A DNA stretch of 64,000 bases from Basidiobolus meristosporus CBS 931.73. Taxonomy: Eukaryota > Fungi > Basidiobolomycota. The position numbers were made by a program, and so were the translations under genes. The notes beneath the pieces are model-generated. The model saw only the letters and a program-made list of their open reading frames with translations. It was not told the origin of the DNA and ran no database searches. Location of the stretch: NCBI GenBank assembly GCA_002104905.1, contig MCFE01000475.1, positions 1 through 64,000 of the forward strand, given 5' to 3'. Below, one piece after another: positions 52,120 to 64,000 of the stretch (position 1 is its first letter; every line of letters starts with the position of its first letter).

Positions 52120-52921
52120 GTGGTAGGGTAAACATACCTCCCACAGACAAGTTTATTCATATAGTCATTATGATATACTTATCCATATTTTATCTTATCA
52201 GTATTATCCCATTCTTCTTTTGCCCATATTATCAGTATTATCCCCATATGATGTTTACCCTGATTAGTTATTAGCATTAGTATCCCAGATGTTATTCAGC
52301 TTTGTGATCAGTAGATGTATCTATATAAGGCAAGTACCCGCGTCAGTACCTGTGACACATGACCTAGGTCTGTGTTACCATCCTTACCATTTCAATACCA
52401 TATATGGTATTTCTATGTTGCACAGGTTTCAGACTACTGATTCCTAATTGGTTGAGAGTGCTGTGCCTTTTAGAACCTTCCTGGACATTCTTGGCATATT
52501 TTTAGCTCATAGTGATGTCATCAAGAATTCCACTGATACCTAGAATCTTCTAGAACCTTGTCATTAGTAATCACTTGGCAATCAGGAAAAGTATTTAAGG
52601 GAAAGCAATCCCTCATCAATAAATCATCCCTTCTATCAGTAACACTTCTACCTTATTGATTAGCAGTTGATCACTGCACCTGCCTTCAACAGTACATCCA
52701 AGACCTGCCCTCAAGGAGCTTTTCAGGGTAGTGCACAAGACACACAGAGGCCTTTGGAGACACTTGGAGCACCTAGGAAGCTAAAGAAGCAGGAGCTTTT
52801 ACCATAGTGACATATTGACAAAGACACCAGCAGTTTAGACACAGAGGTTATTGCACCCATCAGACACCTCACACATCTTGAGTTGTGTAGCTTCTCCCAG
52901 GAGTACCTCTACACCACCACA
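52120..52921 (+). repeat. Solo LTR, gypsy-type family B (802 bp)
   Basis: TGTGGT...ACCACA ends. 4-bp flanks ACAC/ACGC (TSD with one CpG transition). Homologous to 63001-63709 and to 54748-55248 on the minus strand. Confidence 0.9.
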
Positions 52922-53622
52922 ACGCTTGACATTGTAGCCTTGTCTGTCAGTGGGATATCCACTCTATCAGCAGTGGAGGATGTGGTAGACAAATTACCTT
53001 TTTCAGCAAACTCATCTACCGTGCTGCGATGTAGCTCAACTGGCTGTGCTTCTAACTCATGTGAAAACAGCCATTTTTGTGTTAGCAGATTTTCCTGGCT
53101 AAGATGGGACTCAGTCTGTTCCTGGCTTGCGGCGCTAATTGGCAAGAACTGCAGTTTTTTTTGCATGCCTCCTTGTCTCAGGCTTGGGTAGACATTTTTC
53201 CCTTTACCTTTTCCTTTATCACTGCCAGGTCTTTCACTGCTACTTTGTCTGAGTGCTTCTTGTAAGAAATACATTTTCTCCTGGATAGATTGTGCTCTTA
53301 TGCACCTGTTTTGGCCTGCTTGTCCCTTGCTGGCACTCTTCTAGCAACCTAATGTTTCTTCTCCGCTTGTTTTAAGCTCTCAAATGTAGTTGTGACAGGC
53401 TCCTGTAAAGGCAGCTAGTTTTTATCACTGCCAGGTCCTTCACTGCTACTTTGACTGGGTGCTTCTTGCATGGTACTATGCTTTTTCCTTGATAAATGTT
53501 GTGCTGGTACATTTATGCCTGCCTGCTGGTCCCTAATTGACACTCTTCCAACTACCTGATGTCTCTTTGACACTTGTCTGGAGCTTTTTGCCCTACTTGT
53601 AATGGGCACTTAAGGAAGCTGC

Positions 53623-54692
53623 TGTGGTGGTGTATAGGTCCAAGGGAGAGATACAACCAACACTTCTCAAGTGTTTTGTGTGTGGGGTGCTCACTGGGTG
53701 CAATAACCTCCGGCAAAAGCTTGCTAGGAATACTTGGGTTCTGTCTCTAATCTAATGTGAAGGGGGATAAAGCCACAAGCTTGTCAAGGGAAAACTATTG
53801 AGCTATAATCCCCAACTTAGTTGGCATCTTAACAAAAGTATGTGCTGGGTTCAGTGTCCTTTGAGATGACAATGCACTAAAACTTCCAAAGTCAAAACAA
53901 CTGTTAACTCCACCAGCAGGGACTTGATAAGAATGCAGCTGTGATCAATAGTTACAAAGACAGAAAAGTATCTTTGCCCATACAAGAACAAACTTGGGAA
54001 AGAATCAAATATAGTAAAAGATACCTACTCTGAGTATTCCTCACAAGTGGTGCCTCTAAGGTCAGTTGGCTGTCAGCGCGGTTTCCTGGGAGTGTCCTGT
54101 GGGCTGGGGTTGGAAGTTCAGGTAGCAGCAGGTAGCAGTGATCACACTAATCAACAAGTTGGTATATTGATAAAAGGGATGATGAATTATTGTTGAAGGA
54201 TAGCCTCCCTTTTATACTTTTCTTACTGACTAAGTGATTACTAATCATGGTGTTCCAGAAGGTTCTGGATATCAATAGAAGTCTTGATGACATCAGAATG
54301 ACCTAAGAATGTTCTGAGTAGGTGCCGGAAGGTTCTAAGAGGCACAGCACATCCAACCAATGAGGAATCAGTATTCTGAAACCTGTGTAAGATAAGGATA
54401 TCATATATGGTATGGATATGGTAGGGATGGTGACATGGGTTGATCATGTGTCACAGATACTGGTGCAGGTATTTGCCTAATATAGAGGCAGTTATAGCTA
54501 GTAATCTTACAAAAAGTGAGGGGTAACTTATGCAATAAGGTGAGCAGGTGTGATAGTCAATCAGCTTATGGGATAGTACTGATTGGGTAAGACAAATGGG
54601 ATAAACTGAAATAAGTGTAGTAGAGATATTGGGAAGTAGAAAATAAGGGAATGAGCACATCTGTCAGTTGGTGTCACTGTCACCCCACTACA
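53623..54692 (-). repeat. Solo LTR, gypsy family A-related (1070 bp)
   Basis: Reverse complement starts TGTAGTGGGGTGACAGTGACACC and ends TATACACCACCACA, like 55372-56450. Perfect 4-bp TSD CTGC. Confidence 0.92.
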
Positions 54693-54747
54693 CTGCTGGT
54701 TTTTAGCCATGGCATCCTTGTTCTTCTGCCTTTGATAGTTTCTGCTA

Positions 54748-55248
54748 TTGATGAGGGATTGACTTCCTTTAAATACATTTCCTGATTGCCAAGTGAATAC
54801 TAATGAGAAGGGTCAAGAATATTTCAGGTACTAGTGGAAATCTTGATGACAATACTATGAACTAAGAATACTCCAAGAATGTCCTGGAAGGTTCCCAAAG
54901 GCACATCACCTCCAACCAATCAGGAATCAGTAGTATGAAACCTGAACAATGTAGAGATACTATATGTAGTATTGAAATGGTAGGGATGGTAACACAGACT
55001 TAGGTAATGTGTTGTGGGTACTCACACAAGTACTTACCTAATGTAGATACATATACTGATCACAAAGCTGAATAACATCTGCAATAACAAATGGTAATAA
55101 CTAAACAGGGTAAACATCATATGGGGATAATACTAATAATATGGGCAAAAGATGAATTGGATAAAACTGATAGGATAAGTTATGGATAAGTGCATCAGAA
55201 TTACTATATGATAAACTTGTTTGTGGGAGGTATGTTTACCCTACCACA
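54748..55248 (-). repeat. Partial family B LTR (5' part)
   Basis: Reverse complement starts TGTGGTAGGGTAAACATACCTCCCAC and follows 52120 onward until CCCTCATCAA. Confidence 0.85.
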
Positions 55249-56454
55249 TCAGCAGAGTTCTACTTGTTCAGCTTTATGTTTGTGGTATAGCCATGCAAAT
55301 CCTGTTACAAGCTCCTTGCACAACAGCTGTAGATGTGCCAAGTAGGCATTAGACTTGTTCCATTGTACTATTGTAGTGGGGTCACAGTGACACCCACAGG
55401 CAGATGTGCTCATTCCCATACATTCACTTCCCTAAAAAGGATTACCCCCCACCTATATTAGTACCATCCCAAATTGCAATATTTTCTATCTGTTTATGTG
55501 ATTATTACTATGCAACCTGACAAACTATTTGTAACTATTAACCCATTGCACAAGCTATTCCTATTCCTTGCCAAGATGCCAAGATAAGATAGTTACCATA
55601 TAAGGCAAGTACCCCCAACAGTGCCTATGTCATGTGACCATCCTAGTATCATAGCCCTCATATCCTACTACCATATGAGGTAGCTACATGACACAGAGGT
55701 TTCATATTACCACTGTCTGATTGGCTGAGTGCTACTATGTCTCATGGAACAAGCTGCCAAGAACTTGAGCTATTTCTAGTACACAATGACATGATTGGCT
55801 GTATACTACCTTCTGGAAACTTCCGGAAAGTATTTTTTAGCAAGAATTTGAGCAGCAAAAAAGTATATAAGGGAGGCTATCCCTTAAAATAAATCATCCC
55901 TCTTCCAATATTCCAACTTATTGATTAGTGAGATCACTGCTACCTATTACCACTACTTTCTGACTCAGACCTGACAATACTCCCAGGAAACCGCACTGAC
56001 AGCCAACTGACCTTGGAGGCACTACTTGTGAGGAATACTCAGAGTAGGTATACTTTATTATATTTGATTCTTTCCCAAGTTTGTTCTTGTACAGGCAAAT
56101 GTACTTCTCAGTCTTTGTAACTATTGGTCAAAGCTGCATTCTTAACAAGTCCCTGTTGGTCAGGCTTACAGTTGTTTTGACTTTGGAAGCTTTAGTGCAT
56201 TGTCATCTCAAAGGACATCAAAGCCATTATAAACTTTTGTTAAGACACCAACTAAGTTGGGGATTGTAGTTCAATAGTTTCCCCTTGACAAGCTTGAGGC
56301 TTTATCCCACTTCACATTAGATTAGACAAAAGACCCAGTATTCCTAGCAAGCTTTTACCAGAGGTTATTGCACCCAGTGAACACCCCACACACATTCACA
56401 CTTGAGAAGTGTTGGCTGTATTTTGCCCTTTGGACTTATACACCACCACATATT

Positions 56455-56471
56455 TGGCACCCAACGTGGGG
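56455..56471 (+). promoter_or_regulatory. tRNA-Lys primer-binding site
   Basis: TGGCACCCAACGTGGGG compared with canonical TGGCGCCCAACGTGGGG; the only difference is a CpG-to-CpA change. Confidence 0.85.
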
Positions 56472-56599
56472 GGTTCATACAAGCTCCCTAGGACCCAACA
56501 AGATTTACCTGAAGATTTGAGCCATTACCCATTTATTGAAAAGAGACTACCAATATTATCAAGACTACAACACCAACCTACCTACCCAAAATAAACTCT

Positions 56600-59500
56600 A
56601 TGCCCTTACCACTCTCACATGGGGCCCTACAGTTTGATGGAAAGAATGTGGAAAGCTTCATATTCAAATGGGAGAAGCTCTGCAAGATGTGCAGCCTATC
56701 TGAACAAGAAATGACTGAAGACTTCCCCTACTACTGCACCAATGATATTACTACTAAGCTTCTCAGACAAGGAGACATTCTCACTGACTGGGCCTTAATG
56801 AAGACCTACCTACAGACCAAGTATGGTAGACCCCAGATATACTACGGAATTGAAGACCTCAGACACTTCGGAAGGACAAGACTCTCCAAGCTACCACTTG
56901 AAGAGTTCATTCAACAGTATGAAGATATGGCCAAGCCACTCCTAGAGTCCCAGGCTATAACTGAGTTTACCATGACACTTTACCTTGCACAAGGGCTTCC
57001 CCAGGACTTGGCAAGGAAGGTTGACTTACATGCGGCAAAGGATGACAAGTCTGGCATTCCTTGCTTTGCAGAGATGAAATGTGTACTCCTAGAGGCAAAA
57101 CAGACTTCTACCTTTATGAGACTCCTGACATCTAATCTGCAAGACCAGTCAACCAAGGAGCCAAAGAGTGCTATTGTTGACAATCAGACCTACACTACCA
57201 ACAGAATTGACCAACTTGCTGAACAGTTACAAAAGCTAGCCCTCAAGATTAACGGCTCAGCTGAGGTAGCTACTGAGGGCCAAAGACCTTTGCCCAGACA
57301 CTGCATCTGGTGTGACTCTACCCAGCATGCCAGACAAGAATGCTCAGAACTTATTCAGCTACTTTGAGAAGGAACAGTGCAGTTTGATGCTGATGGAATG
57401 CTTGCTGACAAGGAAGAAAAAAGGATTCCCACTAATTTCTGAAGAGGTGGAATGAGAGCCCTTTTCCAGAAGTCTGACTCAGCAAGTAGAAAGATTACTG
57501 TTGATGCCCCTATTGAGACTCATACAGTGGTTCCAAGCAGCCCTGACAACAGAAAATACAAAGTAGATGCCTTTGCTACCAAGAGACACCTTGCTGAAGA
57601 ACCTGTTAAGCCCATCCTTAGAAGACCATGGTTTGAAGAGCCTGAGGTTATCATTGACAAGAGGCCTGGAATACTGCCCACCCAAGACCCATTGCCTCAC
57701 TTTCAGATGACCTCAAAGATAGCAGGCTACTCAAGCCCTCAACTGATTACTGAGAAACTGCTGAAGCAGAACCTCACTTTGTTGGTTGGAGAAATCATGA
57801 GTGTATCACCAACTGTTAGGAAGACCTTTGATGAGCAGCTAAGAACAAGAAGACAAGCTGTTGAACATATGGACTCCCATATAATCCAGACAAACCATGA
57901 AGACCACCAAAATGATGACAACACTACTAAATATACAACCTTTTACTCAGTTGCAACTGCTGTGGTGAAAGGGTATATATATGATGACCCTGTTGACTGC
58001 CATATTGACAGTGGTTTAGAGATTTGTGTTATGCCGCTAGACTTCTGGAAGACACTTAGAAGCAAGGAGCTACTGCCTGTTGATAGGGATATTGGATGGA
58101 ACATGACTGATGCAAACTCAGGATCTAACCCACTCTATGGTGTAGTGCACAAGTTCCCTATTGAGGTACAAGGAATCATGGTCTGGCTTCCCCTCTTTAT
58201 CTACCAGAAGGCAAACTTTGACCTTCTGTTAGGCAGACCATGGGAGACCAGTACTAAGGCTACAACTATCAACTATTCTGATGGGTCAGTGTGGTACACT
58301 ATACAAGGATCAAACCCAGCACTACAGTCAACATTCTGTGGGGTAACACCCAACAATAAGAGAACACATACTGCTTGCCAGAAGACACAGCTTGTTATAG
58401 AAGAAGATGAGGAGCCTGACAATATACACCCCAACAGTTGGAGCTGCTCATTAGGTATACAGGAGCAGACTGCTATGATTTGCACAAAATACAAGACAGT
58501 AGAACAGAAGATTGAACCATGCCTTACACCTTTAACTGATGGATCTTGACCTGCTGATTACATCAGAACACCAGAAGGAACACCTGCAGATATACAACTT
58601 ACACCTGAGAGACTTAAGCAACTTATCATTGGTGATGGAAATCTAACACCGGAGGAGATCTTATTATTTGAAGAAACCCTGAAAAGACATGATAAGGTTT
58701 TCTCAAATAATGATAAGGAGATGGGCTCTTAAAGACATTGGTTGAAAAACCTATCAAGATTCATACAGTGCCCCACACACCTTGGTCATTTAAGCCTTAC
58801 CCACTGCCTAGGGGACTCCAAGCTGATGTGAATGACCTACTTGAGAAGAAGATTGAAGCTGGTATCCTAGAACCTTGCCATGGACCTTATGCTAACAGAC
58901 AGTTTGTGACCAAAAAGAAGAATGGAAAGCTCCAATTCATTCAAGACATGCAACCTGCAAATGCTGTCACTATCAGAGATGCCGCAATACCTCCATCTAT
59001 TGATGACTTTGCAGAGAGCTTTAGTGGTCACTCCATCTACTCAGCATATGATCTCTACTCAGGATATGACCAGATCCCCCTAGATGAGACATCAAGAGAT
59101 ATGTTTGCACTCCAAACACCATTTGGACTATTATGAATGACAAGACTCAGCCAAGGGGCAACAAACCCCGTGGCTCAGTTCCAGAGATGCATGGTGAATG
59201 TGCTCTACCAGTTTATACCTGAGAAACTTGCTGTCTTTGTAGATGAAATAGGCATCAAAGGACCAAAACTCCAAGACACAACTGAAGTTAAGCCTAGAGT
59301 AAGAAAGTTTGTCTATGACCATATCTCAGACAATGATGCCATATTAGGAGCCATTGAAGAAGCTGGACTCATCATCAGTGGTGAGAAAAGCAGCTTTGGT
59401 GTATCAGAGATATCCATTGTTGGACAAAAATGCAACACCTTTGATTGTTCACCTGGAGACTCCATGACACAAAAAATATGCAACTGGCCTACCCCCACAA

Positions 59501-61438
59501 ATCTAACACAAGCTTGTGGCTTTGTGGCAGCTTGTGGGTTCTTTAGGATCTGGATCCCAAGATTTTCTGAAATAGCAGAACCAATTTATCAACTACAGAG
59601 AAAGAATACCCCATTTAACTGGGGAGAAGAGCAAGAAGAAGCCATGCAATTACTAAAAGAGGCCTTAGTATCTCCACCAGTTCTGAGACCTCTCAACTAT
59701 CAGAACACTGAATGCCCACCTATCTTGACAGTGGATGCAAGCCCTATAGGAGCTGGAGCACTACTTGGCCAAGATGATGAAGAGGGCAACCACTATGCCT
59801 GCAGATATGAGAGCTGCCTCTTCTCTCCTAGAGAGCAAAGATGCTCACAGATTAAGAGAGAGCTACTAGGAGTTGTGAAGATGCTGAGAAAGCTGAAGTC
59901 ACAACTCTACATGACATATTTCATCCTGGAGACAGATGCTAAGCCACCTATAGGAATGATCAACAAGCCTGACCTACCTGATGATGCCACAAATTGGTGG
60001 ATGGCATGGCTGAAGATGTTTGACTTTGAGGTCAGACATATCCCTGGCAAGACAAATGTTGTGGCCAATGCACTCTCTAGGAAGGGACCACAGTTGTCTG
60101 AAGATATGGACCCAGACTTTGATGACATAATTGATGCAGAAATCCAACAACTACATGTGAAGAAGCCCAGCAACTTTCCGTGGAACACCATTCAAGACTA
60201 TCTGAGAACCTTAGAGAAGCCTCCAGGAATGGGCCCACATGATTTCAGAAAGCTCAGGAAGAAGGCCCATCATTTCTACACAAAGGATGGCCTCCTCTTC
60301 AAAAAAGCCTGGACAGACACCAAGGAGAGTTATAGTTGAGCCCCAGGAACAACTGACTATTATGTCAAGCCTTCATGAAGGAAGACCTTGTGGTCATGGA
60401 GGCAGAGATGCCACATACAATGTTGTTTCCAGTAGATATTACTGAGAGCATATGCATCATGATGTCCAACACTTTGTTGAGTCTTGTGACATTTGCCAAA
60501 GAAGGTTAACCAAGAGATATGAGGAGCTGCTCCATCCAACCTACACACCTTGCCTATGACAGAAGGTTGGAATTGACCTGGTCCACATCCCAACTGCTGG
60601 AACCAAAAAGTACCTAGTTGTTGCCAGAGATGATCTGAGTGGGCGGGTAGAAGCTCAAGCTCTATCTAATAACAAAAGCCACACAATATGGAGATTTATT
60701 CTTGAAAATATAATATGCAGATTTGGCTGCATCAGCCAGTTTGTTGCTGACCAAGGAGAAATGACTTCAAATTTGGTCCAGGAACTCTGCTCACAATACA
60801 AGATTCATATTTCTTTCACCACCGCTTATCACCCACAAGCCAATGGAATGGTTGAAAGAGGCCATGGCCTGTTGGTTAACTGCCTAGTTGAGAGCTGCAA
60901 GAACATGACACTACAGTGGCCTAGACAACTTCATCTAGCACTCTGGGCAGATAAAATCACTACAAAACTCAGCACAGGCCTATCTCCATTCAAGTTGCTT
61001 TATGGACATGATTGCATTCTTCCCATGGAGCTTGACTCAACATCCTGCAACATGCTAGAGTGGAGAACTACAATGAGTACAGAAGAACTACTGACTACAC
61101 GCATCAAATAGCTTGATCACCATGGACTTGATATAACCCAAGCAGCTGCTAAACTCAAATAGACAACACTTCAGAACAAGGAACCATTTGACAAGTCACA
61201 TAGCCTTAGACCAAAGCCATTAATGCAAGGAGATCCAGTACTGCTCTATGATTCCACTTTAGACAAGCAGTGGAGTTGCAAGTCTGACAATAAGTGGTCT
61301 GGCCCATATATTATCTCCAAGGTGATTGGAAATGGAAGCTACTACTTGTCTGAACTTGATGAAACATGGGTAAGAGCACCTGTGGCAGGAAACAGACTTA
61401 AGCTATTCAAGCACTGGAATTTTGCACATCACATTTAG
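56600..61438 (+). pseudogene. Gypsy gag-pol (Gag with CIWCDS Zn knuckle, protease, RT, RNase H, integrase; no chromodomain seen)
   Basis: CIWCDSTQHARQEC, HIDSGLEICVM, DLYSGYDQIPLD, AVFVDEIG, LTVDASP, ETDAKP, HIPGKTNVVANALSR, TAYHPQANGMVERGH, WSGPYII. Many TGA stops and frameshifts. Confidence 0.95.
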
Positions 61439-62336
61439 TTTGCTTTGACCTGAGTTCAAAGCTGAGAGGGGGGTGGATGTAGTGGGGTCACAGTGACACC
61501 CACAGGCAGATGTGCTCATTCCCATACGTTCACTTCCCTAAAAAGGATTACCCCCCACCTATATTAGTATCATCCCAAATTGCAATATTTTTTATCTGTT
61601 TATGTGATTATTACTATGCAACCTGACAAACTATTTGTCACTATTAACCCATTGCACAAGCTATTCCTATTCCTTGCCAAGATGCCAAGATAAGATAGTT
61701 GCCATATAAGACAAGTACACCCAACAGTGCCTATGTCATGTGACCATCCTGGTTTCATAACCCTCCTATCCTACTACCATATGAGGTAACTACATGACAC
61801 AGAGGTTTCATATTACCACTGTCTGATTGGCTAGGTGCTACTATGTCTCATAGAACAATCCACCAAGAATTTGAGCTATTTTTAGTACACACTGACATGA
61901 TTGGCTGTCTACTACCTTCTGGAAACTTCCGGAAAGTATTTTTTAGCAAGAATTTCAGCAGCAAAAAAGTATATAAGGGAGGCTATCCCTTAAGATAAAT
62001 CATCCCTCTTCCAATATTCCAACTTATTGATTAGTGAGATCACTGCTACCTATTACCACTACTTTCTGACTCAGACCTGACAATACTCCCAGGAAACTGC
62101 ACTGACAGCCAACTGACCTTGGAGGCACTACTTGTGAGGAATACTCAGAGTAGGTATACTCTATTATATTGGATTCTTTCCCAAGTTTGTTCTTGTACAG
62201 GCAAATGTACTTCTCAGTCTTTGTAACTATTGGTCAAAGCTGCATTCTTATCAAGTCCCTGTTGGTGGAGTTTACAGTTGTTTTGACTTTCGAAGCTTTA
62301 GTACATTATCATCTCAAAGGACATCAAAGCCATTAT

Positions 62337-63000
62337 ATTGCTTATATCAAAATTTTAGTGATCACTGATTTGTGATGGCTTGATGTGGGTTGCAAAAAAA
62401 TGTGTTGTTTGGATCATTACAAATAATAGCAATTCAATGCAATTGCATCATCTTCTCCTAGGCTTTTTTCTGAAAGGGATTACTACTGAAGCATTTGGTA
62501 GTGATTCACTTTGCACACCTAAATTACTTTCTTGTTGACTATCCTCTTGGCTACTTGTGTATTTGTAGTCAGTATTTTGCATCCTAGTTGATGAGTGCAA
62601 TGCTGCAGCTTAGCTGCGCTGAACTGCTCCAGATGATGCAACTGAGCCAGCCTACAGTGCTACACGCTTAAGCATTCTATTACTTACCAAAGGCTCTGGT
62701 GGTGGAGGCACTTCATGTGGGTTATCATCCGTCAGTTCACCAGAAGAAACCTGCTGATGGTCAGGTGTAATGGCACGCCCAGATGCAACTTGATGGGCTG
62801 CCATGGCCCTTGGCTGAGTTTGATGTGATGCCACTTGTTGACGCAACTTGGCCTGCTCCAAAGGACTTGTGTCTTTTTGAGCAATTTGGCGGGTACTGGT
62901 GGTTTTGCTCTGAAGCACATGCGTTGACCCAATATGCATTGAGTCTATGCGGGGCACTCTTGTAAAGGGTGTTGGCATAGTTTGGACTGACATGCGCTGG
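62337..63000 (-). mobile_element. Inverted second copy of the ORF-Y 3' part
   Basis: SVQTMPTPFTRVPRI..DHQQVSSGELTDDNPHE matches 50262-50640, and the 3' flank matches up to 50915. Confidence 0.85.
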
Positions 63001-63709
63001 TGTGGCAGGGTAAACATACCGCCCACAGTCAAGTTGATGCATATAGCCATTATGATATACTTATCCATATTTTATCTTATCAGTATTATCCCATTGTTCT
63101 TTTACCTATATTATCAGTATTATCCCCATATGATGTTTACCTTGATTAGTTATTAGCATTAGTTATCCCTGATGTTATTCAGCTTTGTGATCAGTATATG
63201 TATCTACATAAGGCAAGTACCCGCATCAGTATCCATGACACATGACCTAGGTCTGTGTTACCATCCCTACCATTTCAATACCATATATGGTATTTCTATG
63301 TTGCACAGGTTTCAGACTACTGATTCCTGATTGGTTGGATGTGCTGTGCTGTTTAGGACCTTCCAGGACTTTTTTGGCGTACATTTAGCTCATAGTGATG
63401 TCATAATGAATTCCACTGGTGCCTAGAATCTTCTAGAACCTTGTCATTAGCAACCACTTGGCAATCAGGAAAAGTATTTAAGGGAAAGCAATCCCTCATC
63501 AATAATTCATTCTTCTATCAGTAACACTTCTACCTTATTAATTAGCAGTTGGTCACTGCACCTGCCTTCAACAGTACATCTCAGACCTGCCATCAAGGAG
63601 CTTTTCAGGGTAGTGCACAAGACACACAGAGGCCTTTGGAGACACTTGGAGCACCTAGGAAGCTAGAGCAGCAGGAGCTTTTACAATAGTGACATATTGA
63701 CAAAGACAC
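63001..63709 (+). repeat. Family B LTR, 3'-truncated
   Basis: TGTGGCAGGGTAAACATACC... collinear with 52120-52825. Confidence 0.9.
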
Positions 63710-64000
63710 TTAGCCTCCCTGGCACACTATGGCAACATTTAGCACTCATGGCTCAATGTGGCACTATCCAACAGAACAAGTCTAAAATATGTATCAAAAC
63801 CAATGTGATTGTTGAATTTTCCATATATTATGTATGATGCAACTCAGATTGCATTGACACAGATCAGATCACATCAATTGTAGATTTCCTATTTGATTAT
63901 AGACTTGTGAGTAAAACAACAATAAAAATACCCAGTCATTGTTTGACGATAAGTTTTGCAACATAATGATGGGATACATGGCATTTGATGGAGATTTAAT

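Larger units (their letters stand above)
51385..54760 (-). mobile_element. Unassigned repeat, ORF-X copy 2, split by two solo LTRs
   Basis: ORF pieces 53415-53609, 52909-53274 and 51834-52160 rejoin to match copy 1 (ELEAQPVEL..DEFAEKGNLSTT..IPLTD.ATMS..KAIGFLPKLWNQSVTAEI.IEW). Confidence 0.7.
55372..62336 (+). mobile_element. Ty3/gypsy LTR retrotransposon, decayed, 3' LTR truncated
   Basis: 5' LTR 55372-56450; 3' LTR 61478-62336 (about 95% identical by eye, last ~220 bp missing); PBS 56455-56471; PPT GAGAGGGGGGTGGA 61464-61477; domain order gag-PR-RT-RH-IN. Confidence 0.96.

Noticed and set aside
1-64000. CRISPR arrays, rRNA or tRNA genes
   Set aside because: None seen. The only regular array is protein-coding and has no unique spacers.

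Overview
Eukaryotic, intron-containing genomic DNA. The short GT-AG introns (about 40-100 nt) and gene content point to a fungus, probably an early-diverging lineage (inference). The window has three compartments. (1) 0.5-19.5 kb is AT-rich and largely CpG-poor. It holds decayed host genes (UBR1-like ClpS fragment, catalase, cytochrome P450, MFS transporter), a full-length but stop-interrupted Ty1/copia element (10170-14856, TSD ATAAT) and several extra LTRs of the same family. (2) 19.7-45.6 kb is a GC-richer, CpG-rich gene island: secreted class 3 lipase, ERG6, a focadhesin/DUF3730-like gene, PER1, NAP1, an acetyl-CoA transporter, RPL36, an unknown 19/20-aa tandem-repeat protein, a PX-domain AGC kinase, and a bacterial-type GNAT acetyltransferase with a partial duplicate. 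(3) 45.9-64 kb is a nest of CpG-depleted transposons: a copia relic, a Ty3/gypsy element (55372-62336), solo LTRs of two related gypsy-type families with 4-bp TSDs, and an unassigned repeat carrying two ORF families with no recognisable transposase. The least explained items are the YGRG(R/H)MGQRYGRRYD(D)EDME repeat protein, the unassigned repeat with its ORFs, the intron-bearing bacterial-type GNAT and the UBR-box-less UBR1 derivative. All family assignments are by motif recognition from memory; no searches were run.
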